Positions 38,301-49,439 of a stretch of 64,000 nt of DNA are shown in pieces. A program made the position numbers and the translations under genes. The stretch's first letter is position 1. The number at the start of each line of letters is the position of its first letter. This DNA comes from Anaeramoeba ignava BMAN (taxonomy: Eukaryota > Protista > Anaeramoebae): assembly GCA_028826165.1 (NCBI GenBank), contig JAPDFW010000074.1, positions 62,001 to 126,000 of the forward strand. The letters are read 5' to 3'. The notes beneath the pieces are model-generated. The model had not been told where the DNA came from, searched no databases, and worked only from the letters and a program-made list of their open reading frames with translations.

Positions 38301-39305
38301 CTAAATATTAAATATTAAATATAAAATTAAAATTAAAATTAAAAATAAAATTAAAATCAAAATTAAAATCAAAATCAAAATCTAAATCAAAATCAAAATT
38401 AAAATCAAAATCTAAATCTAAATCAAAATCAAAATTAAAATTAAAATTAAAATTAAAATTAAAATTAAAATTAAAATTAAAATTAAAATTAAAATTAAAA
38501 TTAAAATTAAAATAAAAATCAAAAATTCAAAATCAAAATCAAAATCAAAATTAAAATCAAAATTAAAATTAAAATCAAAATCAAAATCAAAATTAAAATC
38601 AAAATTAAAATCAAAATTAAAATTAAAATTAAAATCAATTTAAATTCAAAATCAAAAAAATTTTATTTGATTGAAAAGACATCATTAACAGGACATGTAG
38701 GAAAAATAAACTCCGCAAGATTCTCCACAGATTCAAAAAAAATAGTATCAGGAGGAGGAGATCGAAGTATACGAATTTATGATTTAAAAACCGGATATTG
38801 TGAATTTTCATTATCATCTGAAAGTAAATGTTTTTGTGTAACATTTTCACGGGATAATTACTACATATTCTCGAGTCATTTTGATGGGGCGATACGTATT
38901 TGGGATTTCCGTTCACCCAAGCTGACCCACATGATACCGAATGTCCACAGTAAAGCAATAACGTCTGTAGTTGTTGCAAAAGATGGTGACACTTTACTTA
39001 CAAATTCTTGTGATAATTCAATTAAATTAACTGACCTTAGAATGTTTGATGTTGTCAAAACTATTACTCATCCTGAATACAAAACTGGTATTCTTTCTTC
39101 TCCTGCTATCTTTTCTCCTGATGAATCTTATATTGCTGCTGGATCTTTTTATGGATCCATTTTTATTTGGAATAGATCTAGTTATAAAGTTGAAAAAAAA
39201 TTCGATAATGAACATAAATCTCCTATTACTTCTGTTGATTGGTCTCCTGATGGTCAACATTTGGTTTCTGTTGAAAGAAAAAATCGAATTATTATTTGGA
39301 ATTAA
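35326..39305 (+). CDS. ATG16: ATG16L-like autophagy protein (N-terminal helix + coiled coil + WD40 propeller), 5 exons
   Basis: Exons 35326-36056, 37203-37251, 37370-37480, 37565-37693, 38679-39305. N-terminus 'FQIEILQKLSQRNQSE..F..IY' resembles the ATG5-binding helix. WD repeats include 'LTGHVGKINSARF', 'SSHFDGAIRIWDFRS', 'LTNSCDNSIKLTDLR', 'FSPDESYIAAGS'. Confidence 0.8.
36075..37030 (+). repeat. Composite intronic microsatellites (CAATTT)n, (AAATCT)n, (CAATTTTAATT)n, (AAAATT)n
   Basis: Blocks of different repeat units within ATG16 intron 1. Confidence 0.85.
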
Positions 39306-39359
39306 TTTTTTTTTTTGCTTCACAGTTTATTTTTTTTTTAAAAGAAAAAAAATTAAATT

Positions 39360-40845
39360 TCATTATAAATTCTTGATAAATTCTTGATAAATTTAATTAT
39401 AAATTTAATTATAAATTTCATTATAAATTTAATTATAAATTTCTTTATAAATTTAATTATAAATTTCATTATAAATTTAATATATAAATTTAATTATAAA
39501 TTTAATTATAAATTTAATTATAAATTTAATTATATATTTAATTATAAATTTAATTATAAATTTAATTATAAATTTAATTATAAATTTAATTATAAATTTA
39601 ATTATAAATTTAATTATAAATTTAATTATATATTTAATTATAAATTTAATTATAAAATTTAATTATATATTTAATTATAAATTTCTTGATAAATTTAATT
39701 ATAAATTTAATTATAAATTTAATTATAAATTTAATTATAAATTTAATTATAAATTTAATAGATAAATTTAATTGATATATTTAATTATAAATTTAATTAT
39801 AAATTTAATTATAAATTTAATTATAAATTTAATTATAAGTTTCTTGATAAATTTAATTATAAATTTAATTATAAATTTAATTATAAATTTAATTATAAAT
39901 TTAATTATATAAATTTAATTATAAATTTAATTATAAATTTAATTATAAATTTAATTATAAATTTAATTATAAATTTAATTATAAATTTAATTATAAATTT
40001 AATTGATAAATTTAATTATAAATTTAATTATAAATTTCTTGATAGATTTAATAGATAAATTTAATGATAAATTTAATTATAAATTTAATTATAAATTTAA
40101 TTATAAATTTAATTATAAATTTAATTGATAAATTTAATTATAAATTTAATTATAAATTTAATGATAAATTCTTGATAAATTTTAACGATAAATTTAATTA
40201 TAAATTTGATTATAAATTTAATTATAAATTTCATTGATAAATTTAATAGATAATTATAAAATTAATTATAAAATTAATTATAAATTTAATTATAAATTTA
40301 ATTATAAATTTAATAGATAAATTTAATTATAAATTTAATTATAAATTTAATTATAAATTTAATTATAAATTTAATAGATAAATTTAATTATAAATTAAAT
40401 TTAATTATAAATTTAATATATAAATTCTTGATAAATATAATTATATAAATTTAATTATAAATTTAATTATAAATTTAATTATAAATTTCTTGATAAGTTT
40501 AATTGATAAATTTAATGATAAATTTAATTATATATTTAATTATAAATTTAATTATTATAAATTTAATTATAAATTTAAATATAAATTTAATTATAAATTT
40601 AATTATAAATTTAATTATAAATTTAATTATAAATTTAATAGATAAATTTAATTATAAATTTAATAGATAAATTTAATTATAAATTTAATGATAAATTTAA
40701 TTGATAAATTTAATAGATAAATTCTAGATAAATTTAAATGTTAAAATAAATTTAATTGATAAATTTAAATGTTAAAATAAATTTAAATGTTAAAATAAAT
40801 TTAAATGTTAAAATAAATTTAAATGTTAAAATAGGTTTAATTGAT
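39360..40845. repeat. Intergenic 12-bp satellite (AAATTTAATTAT)n, ~1.5 kb
   Basis: Fills the gap between the convergent stops of ATG16 (39305) and the C2-MUN gene (40851). Confidence 0.9.
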
Positions 40846-40850
40846 AAATT

Positions 40851-43800
40851 TCATTTCTTCTTTTTTCCTTTCTGCTTCTTCTTGTAATTCTTGATAAAAT
40901 TCTTGATAAATTTCTGTATCTGTTTATCAAATAACCCTCTTGTATAAATAATATCCAACATAAATGAACATTTCAACTTCGAAAAATCATCATCACTTGA
41001 AAAATCTCGAGAAAGAACAGCTTGAACAAAACTATTATTACTGTTATTATTTTTGGAAATTAATTGATTCACTTCATTTATCAACTCATTCGATTGCTTT
41101 GAAAATGAATCCAAAAGAAATGAAATCTTTTGAGAATGAAAAGAGATTTGCGTTTTCTTCAATCCATCACCATCAGCATAAAAAAACTGCTGAATCTCAT
41201 CCAAAGAACTACTAATAACGGAAATATGTCCTTTTGGAAATTCAAGCGTTATTTTTGGCAACATTTTTTTGCGTTTGGATTGCTTGGCCATACTTCGATT
41301 TCCTGAACCAAAAATATTTGGGAAATGTTCAGGAATAAGAATCCCAATAAAATTATCAAGTATGAACTTGAATAAATCAACAAGCACTTGATTGAACACG
41401 GAAACGGAAAATTTATCCAACGCAAGTTCTAATTGTTCATTAAGATCAACAAGTAGGTTTTCAACAAGAGTTTGTGCATATTCAGTTGTGAACTTTTGCA
41501 ATTCTTCAGAAGACTTTGGATTCTTGGATTTTTTCACGTTGGAATTTTCTTCTCCAAGATTTTGAATGTGTTTCTCGAAAATTTCCGTTATTTGTAAATG
41601 TATTTGAGGAACAATAAAAGTTACAACTTGAGAAGTAACTTCTGCCAATTGATTTTTCATCTCTGCAATTGATTCGCCAAGATAATTCTCAGTGTCTGAA
41701 ATGATTGTTTCAGAATTATCATCTCGTGAAATCTTCTCGAAAAACTCCTCGAAATCATTATAATAATTATTAAGCGAAATTCGTGCAAAATCCATATCAT
41801 TGATAGCAACAAAAAGAGATGTGTTTGAATCTTGAGCAAGAAATATCGTTTTCTTCTCGGGTTGGATATTAATCTGCACTTTTTTTTTGGACGATCTTTG
41901 ATGAGAATCGCGTTTGGCTGTTTTGAGCATAATGATCATTTGTCCAACTCTTTGTTGAAGTTTGCTTGTGTATTCTTTTGTCACATCGCAAATTGTTTTG
42001 AAAAATTCTGAGAGAATTATCAAGAAATTGGATTCATTCCATTCAAGACTAGACAAGAAATTAAAAGATTGATCAAACATCTGGAAAATATCCACGCACG
42101 ATGTGCTTGTCAGATTCTCTGTTGATGATATCTCAAAATCATCAAGTTCAACCGCTTTGGAAATCCATTCTTGAAATCGAGTTTTTGTTTCAGAAATCCA
42201 TCCCTGAAGATGCCCAAGAAACAAATCCGCAATAGGAAGAACTCGTGGCGCTTCTTCAAGCGCATATTTTTGTATTGTTGAGTTAAAATCTCGCATTTTG
42301 CGATAAAGCTGGAAAACTTCTGCGGATCGATTTGAAATTCCGCTTTTGAAAAAATTTAACGTCGAATTTTCTAATTCAGATATGTAACTATTCACTGCAA
42401 TATCAAGTATAGCAAAGTCTTGCGGAAATGTATCTCGCAAAAAATACGCGGCAATTTGCGAAATGTTTCTTAAAACAGAAGTTACAATACCAGATAAAAC
42501 AAGCGGTTCAAATCCTTCTTTATATCGTTTTTGCAAATTTTCAAGTCCTTTTATTTTGCTTTGCAAAACATTCAATTTTTCTGAATCTTTTTCTAAAGAG
42601 GCTTCGTTATAAAGACCTTCAATAAGTTTTTGTGTCTCGTCTTGTTCTTGATTTATTTGGCTTTCGACTTGAACACGGAAAAAATCTTGGCAATTATTGC
42701 TAAATCCTTCCTCAACAAATTCTCGAAGTTTTGTGGTAAAAACATTCTTCGGATCGCTTGGTTGCGATTTTTGAGAAATATAATTTAGATCCAATTTTGA
42801 AGTCATTCCCATTTCAACTAAAATTCTGAAAATTTCAATAAGCTCCTTCAATGTGTTTGTTGGCTTATTTCTTTCAAAAACAAACGTGAATTTTTTGATT
42901 ATATAAGAAACATTTCTAAATAAAGATGATAATAATAATTCAAATTCCTTTTTTTCTTGTTTGGAAAAAGTGGAAATGCCTTGATTTTCATTTGATGAAT
43001 CGAATAAAGCATTCAATATGGTTTTGATATCATTCACAAAATTATAAGTTGGTTGGAAATGATCCACTAGAATTTTTAAATGTGTCAACAAACGCATATT
43101 GTTACTAATTCCATATCTCAAACAAAAATCTGTGAGAAAAATATCCACATTTTGCGGAATAATCACTTGATTTGATGTAAACTCAAAAATCTTCTGTTGT
43201 TGTTTAAAAGTTCTTAATGATCTTGTGTTTAATTTTTGCATTTGATCCATTTTATTTTCATCTTCATCTTCATCTTCTTCTTGGAATTTCTTCTTTTTAT
43301 GACCAAAAAAATTATTTGCAAACAACAACATTCTTGTCATAATTAGTTTGAAAATTTCCACAAAATTAATTTCTTGTTGTTCTTCAATTTCTTGCTTAAC
43401 TCTGTGCTTATTTTCTTTTAAAAATGAACTTCCTTCAAACTCAATTTTCCATTCGATATCCGCATCAAAACTTTCAGCAAGATTTGATGGAACAATCTTA
43501 ATCCAATTATTATTTTCATCTTTGGAGATGTACTTGTGAATTATAATATCACTTGTTCCAACACATTTTGGTAATTCGTTTTTTCTATGATTTCTTTTTT
43601 TTTCATTTGAATCTGCATTGACACTAATTTTAATTGTTTTATTAAAATCATAAACATCCAATTCAACGCTTATTTTCTCTTCCTCTTTTTTATTTTTCTT
43701 ATTCATTCCAAGCTTTTTTAATTCATAAGTTTTTCCTTGATATTCAATATTAACAATAAAATTTTCTGCTTTTGTGTTTCTAATGATATTTTCAAGACCT

Positions 43801-46335
43801 CGAATTGTAGAAAATGTTAACTTAATTATTCCTAGTTTTTCTTCTTGTGATTTTATGTTTTTTTCAGTATTTTCATTTTCAGTTTTGTTTTCTGCTTTTG
43901 ATATTTGTTCTTTTCTTATTCTTTTGATTTTTGATATTGATTTTGTATAATTTCTTTTGATTTCTTTCATCCATAAACGATATTGTTCTTTTTTTTCAAA
44001 ACTTTTTTCATTATAATGTCCTTTTGTTTTGATATTTTTCTTTTGTTTCTCAAGGAATTGAAGGTTTGGCTTTTTAAATTTATTTTATTTAAATTTAATT
44101 TATTTTGAATTTAATTTGAATTTAATTTTATTTAAATTTGATTTGAATTTAATTTGATTTGATTTGATTTGAATTTAATTTGATTTAATTTGAATTTAAT
44201 TTGATTTAATTTGAATTTTATTTGAATTTAATTTGAATTTAATTTGAATTTAATTTGAATTTAATTTGAATTTAATTTGAATTTAATTTGAATTTTATTT
44301 GAATTTAATTTGAATTTAATTTGAATTTGAATTTAATTTAATTTAATTTAATTTGAATTTAATTTGAATTTAATTTGAATTTAATTTAAATTTAATTTGA
44401 TTTGAATTTAATTTAAATTTAATTTGATTTGAATTTAATTTAATTTAATTTAATTTAATTTGAATTTAATTTGAATTTAATTTGAATTTAATTTGAATTT
44501 AATTTTAATTTGAATTTAATTTAATTTAATTTAATTTAATTTGAATTTAATTTGAATTTAATTTAATTTGAATTTAATTTAATTTAATTTGAATTTAATT
44601 TGATTTGAATTTAATTTTAATTTAAATTGAATTTAATTTGAATTTAATTTGAATTTAATTTGAATTTAATTTGAATTTAATTTGAATTTAATTTGAATTT
44701 AATTTGAATTTAATTTGAATTTAATTTGAATTTAATTATAAATTTGAATTTAATTTAATTTGAATTTAATTTGAATTTAATTTGAATTTGATTTGAATTT
44801 AATTTGAATTTAATTTGAATTTAATTTGATTTGATTTAATTTTAATTTAATTTATTCACTTCATAATCTCTCCAAATCAACATTCTTTTGAAAATTTGAT
44901 TTCTTAATTCATCAGAAATATTGAATGATAATTGAAGTAGAAAAATTATCACTTCCAAATTTGTTTTTAAATGATGTAATGGTGTTGTTGAATCTTTAGT
45001 TTCAAAAATCTGTTGTAAAAATTATATCAAGAAGATTAAATAATTTGGAATTTTAAGTAAAAAAAAATTGATTTACATTAATAAATTCATTTAAATAATT
45101 TTCTCTTATTTCTTGATTTTTATCTAATTTTCTTCTTCTTGCAACAGAATCAAAAATATTTAAAAATAAATCTTTTAATTTATCTGTTGTTATTTTTTGT
45201 TGTTTATCTTTAATTTTTGAAAGATATTTCTTCTGGAAAATTTGTAATGAACGTTTCATTAAATCTTTTTTATCTTTTGGTTTTGCAATTTCTATTATTT
45301 TTTGTTTTATTTTTTCTTGTATATTCTCAACAGAAATTTCAATAGCAAGTTTTTCTATTTTTTAAAATCAAAATTAAAATCAAAATTAAAATTAAAATTA
45401 AAATTAAAATTAAAATTAAAATTAAAATTAAAATTAAAATTAAAATTAAAATTAAAATTAAAATTAAAATTAAAATTAAAATTAAAATTAAAAATTAAAA
45501 TTAAAATTAAAATTAAAATTAAAATTAAAATTAAAATTAAAATTAATATTAATATTAAAATTAAATTTAAAATTAAAATTAAAATTATTATAATTAATAT
45601 TATAATTAAATGCACCATAATTATCTGGAGTAATAATATCATCAATTGCTTGAGAATATTGGTCAATATTATAATGAGATGATAAAGGAAATAAAAGACA
45701 ATGAATAGCATAACGGAAATTTGGAAGATCTGGATCAATTTTTTCAAGTTCACGAAGACTTGAAAGGCCAACTAAAGATTCATTTTCTGCAAGTTGTTGA
45801 TGTGTCAAAAGTTCATATCTTCCATCATCTCGACTTTGTTGAAGAAAAGAAACGACTGCTTTTGGTTTTTGTTCTCCAATATAATCAGTTTCAAGTGTCT
45901 TTTTTAATTTGAAAATTAAAATTAAAATTAAAATTAAAATTAAAATTAAAATTAATATTAAAATTAAAATTTAAATTAATATTAAAATTAAAATTAAAAT
46001 TAAAATTAAAATTAAAATTAAAATTAAAATTAAAATTAAAATTAAAATTAAAATTAAAATTAAAATTAAAATTAAAATTAAAATTAAAATTAAAATTAAA
46101 ATTAAAATTAAAATTAAAATTAAAATTTAAAATAATTTTTTTTTTTGCTTTTTGTTTTTACTTTTTTTAATGTATCGTTAATTGAATAACCTTGTGCATT
46201 TTGAATATAATAAGCAAAATGTCTTTGAAATTGTTTTGGTTCATTTTTTTGTTTTGAATTATTTGGAGTATTTGAAATTGGTTTTTGACTTTCAAGTTGT
46301 TTTCTTCCCCAAGTATTAAGTCTAACTCTTTCCAT
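40851..46335 (-). CDS. Munc13/CAPS-like C2 + MUN (MHD1/MHD2) tethering protein, 5 exons
   Basis: Exons 46335-46162, 45898-45616, 45354-45077, 45009-44860, 44069-40851 in frame. C2-like beta region; MHD1-like 'WISETKTRFQEWISKAVELDDF..STSCVDIFQMF', 'VAINDMDFAR'; MHD2-like 'LDEIQQFFYADGDGL'. Confidence 0.8.
44090..44855. repeat. Intronic 11-bp microsatellite (TTTGAATTTAA)n
   Basis: Fills intron 4 of the C2-MUN gene. Confidence 0.9.
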
Positions 46336-46592
46336 TTTAAAAATTAAAAATTAAATTAAAAATTAAAAAAGGAGAAAAAAAATGAAAAAAAAAATAATCT
46401 TTTTTTAAAATTTTTTTTTTCTTCTTTTTCTTTTTGATCAATCGATCCATTTTTATTTCCATTTTTATTTCCATTATTTTATTTCCAATTTTATTTCCAT
46501 TTTTATTTCCATTTTTATTTCCATTTTTTTAATTCCATTTTTATTTCCATTTTTTTATTTCTATTTTTTATTTCCATTTTTTTTTTATTAAA

Positions 46593-49285
46593 ATGAATGA
46601 AAAAAATGTTTATAAAGAAGGTAAAAAAAAAATTTATTTTTTTAATCAATAAAAAAAAATAAATTTAAATCTTTCTTTAAATAAAAAAAATAAAAAATAA
46701 AAGCATCAATTTTTATGAAAAATAAAGGAAAATGGAAAGAACAATTCTTAAGGTAAAAAAATCAAAACAAAAAATAATTCCAATTCTTTTTTTTTAAATT
46801 TTAATTTTAAATTAAATTTTTTTTTTGATCTTTTATTGATCAACTTTTTTAAATGAATTTTTTTTTCCTTTTATTTTTATTTTTTTTTTGAATAAAAAAA
46901 GTATTGCTGGATCTAAAATAATCTTTTTAGAATCTGGAGGATTAATAGAATATATTATTGATCCACTTTCTCAATTTAATCCAATTTATAATAAAAAGAA
47001 ATCCAATTGTTTTCAAATTGTGGTTAATTTTGGAAAAAGAATTCTCAATCTTTCTTCAAATTCATTATTAGAATTAGAAGAATGGAAAAATGCTTTTTTT
47101 TTATCTCTTCAAAATGATGTTGATCGAGTTATGAAAAAATTAATTGATAAAACTTTTCAAACTTTAACTTTAACTCCTGATCTTAATTCAATTGGTTGTT
47201 ATGTTCTTGAAAAAACACAAGAATCGCAAGTAAATTAAAATTCAAAATTAAAATTAAAATTAAAATAAAAATCAAAATAAATTAAAATAAATTAAAATCA
47301 AAATTAAAATATCTTTTATTACTAATTTTAGAATTACAAATTCAATCCTCGTTATCTCAAATTATCAAATAATGAATTGGAAATATTTCATCAAAAAATT
47401 GATGATCCAAGAAAAATTTCTCTTTTAAATCCTCAATTAAAAGTCAAAACTATTCCTGGAACTCAACTTGCATTTCAATTAACTGATTCAAAGAAAATTA
47501 ATCTAATATTCATTTCATCATCTTTTGCTGAAAGAACTAATTGGGTTGAACAAATTGGATTGAAAATTGAAGAATTAACAAAAAAATCTCAAAAAGTGGA
47601 ACAAATTTCTCAACAAAAAAAAATCAATCAAATCAAAAAATTTACATCAAACAACGAATTAAATGAAATTCAACAAAATGAATATACACAAAATATTATT
47701 CAAATTATTATTCAAATTCAAGATAAAAATGATATGTTATTATTACTTTTTAAAAATGAATTTAAATTGATGAAAATTTCTGAATTTAAAAAAAGAATTG
47801 GATTCAAATTGAATAAAAAACCTGAAAATTTCCGAATGTTTATCTCTAATCATGAATTAACAAAATTTAATGATAATGAACTTTTATCTAATTTTCTTAA
47901 AAGAGAAAATAGTGAAAATTGTTTTTGAAGAAAATAATCGCTTAAATTTTGATGAAACATTAAATCAATTCCTTAAATCAACTTTTACTTTATCTTTTGA
48001 TAAAAAAAACTTAAACAATTCTTTATTCAATTTTAAATTTGGAGATGAGGTTATTCAAAAGGAACCTACAAATACTCATGAATTCAAAATGATGGAAATT
48101 TTAGAAAAATTCCTTTTGAATAAAAAAGAAGAAAATCAAAAAATTGAAAAAGAGATTACTTTTTCAAAATTTGGATCAATAAATCAAACAAAAATTTTCA
48201 ATGGAGATTCTACTTTTGAAGATTTAGAAGAAGATGAAACAAATTTAACAATTCAAAGAGTTCAAAATAAAGAAAATGAACAAAATCAATTATCAAATAA
48301 AATGTTAGGAATTTGGGATAAATTAAATCAAAATCATTTAGAAAATCATTTAGAAAATCATTTAGAAAATTCATTTAATTTTAATGAATTTGAAGGTTTA
48401 GAAGAAGATGAAACAAATTTAACAATCCAAAGAGTTCAAAATAAAGAAAATGAACAAAATCAATTATCAAATAAAATGTTAGGAATTTGGGATAAATTAA
48501 ATCAAAATCAAAATCAATTAGAAAATCAATTAGAAAATTCATTTAATTTTAATGAATTTGAAGATTTAAAAGGAGATGAAACAAATTTAACAATCCAAAG
48601 AGTTCAAAATAAAGAAAATGAACAAAATCAATTATCAAATAAAATGTTAGGAATTTGGGATAAATTAAATCAAAATCAATTAGAAAATCATTTAGAAAAT
48701 CATTTAGAAAATTCATTTAATTTTAATGAACAAATCGAGAATATCAAAATTTTACAAGAAGAAAATGAAGGATTGAGAAATAAATTTGATGAACAAAGAG
48801 ATTTACTTGATAAATTAACACTTGAAAATGTTCAACTTTCAAATGAAAATCAAAGTAAAAAATTAAATAATTTTGTGAAAAAAAAAAATTCTAAAAATAA
48901 AATTTCATTCCACTTTTTTTTTTGAATAAATTTAAAAACAAATTTAGAATTTAATCAGCAAAACAAAGAACTTTTAAATTTAATTAAAAATCTAAATCAA
49001 CAAAATTCCTTTTTAAATTCACAATCAAATCAAGAATCTTTAATTAAAGAACAAAATCAAAAAGCATTAGAAAACAAAATTAAGGAATTAGAATTAAAAG
49101 AAAAAAATCTAAAATTAAAACTTAAAAAAGCAAAAGAATTTATTGAAAAAAATTTAAAAAGTAAAACTCTTTCTCAAAAAATGAACAAAAACCAAATTGA
49201 AAAAAAATCTCCAAATCAAAATAAAACAATTAGACCTGAAAGAAAATCAAGAAGTCATGGATCTTGGAAAAATGATCTTTTTTGA
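46593..49285 (+). CDS. Tandem PH-domain protein with ubiquitin-like segment, 3 internal repeats and C-terminal coiled coil (one +1 frame break at ~47902)
   Basis: Exons 46593-46620, 46704-46752, 46902-47229, 47332-48854, 48948-49285. PH-type C-terminal helices 'SSNSLLELEEWKNAF' and 'SSSFAERTNWVEQI'; Ubl-like 'KISEFKKRIGFKLNKKPENFRMFISNHEL'. Confidence 0.7.
48215..48730 (+). repeat. Three in-frame coding tandem repeats (174/168/174 bp)
   Basis: Unit FEDLEEDETNLTIQRVQNKENEQNQLSNKMLGIWDKLNQN(H/QLEN)nSFNFNE starts at 48215, 48389 and 48557; copies are nearly identical at DNA level. Confidence 0.95.
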
Positions 49286-49439
49286 ATCAAAAACAAGAAG
49301 AAAATGAAAAAGAAAATGAAAAAGAAAAAGAAAAAGAAAAAGAAAAAGAAAAAGAAAAAGAAAAAATTTTTTTGATCCACTTTTTTGATTTTTTTTGCTT
49401 TTTTGATTTTTTTTGATTTTTTGATTTTTTGATTTTTTT

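Noticed and set aside
45610-45616. Possible GC-AG or other non-canonical donor in the C2-MUN gene
   Set aside because: A canonical GT (GTGCAT at 45615) gives the correct phase 1 join to the exon at 45354.
48215-48730. Regularly spaced direct repeats as a possible CRISPR array
   Set aside because: Whole units are duplicated in frame inside a eukaryotic exon; there are no unique spacers and no cas genes.
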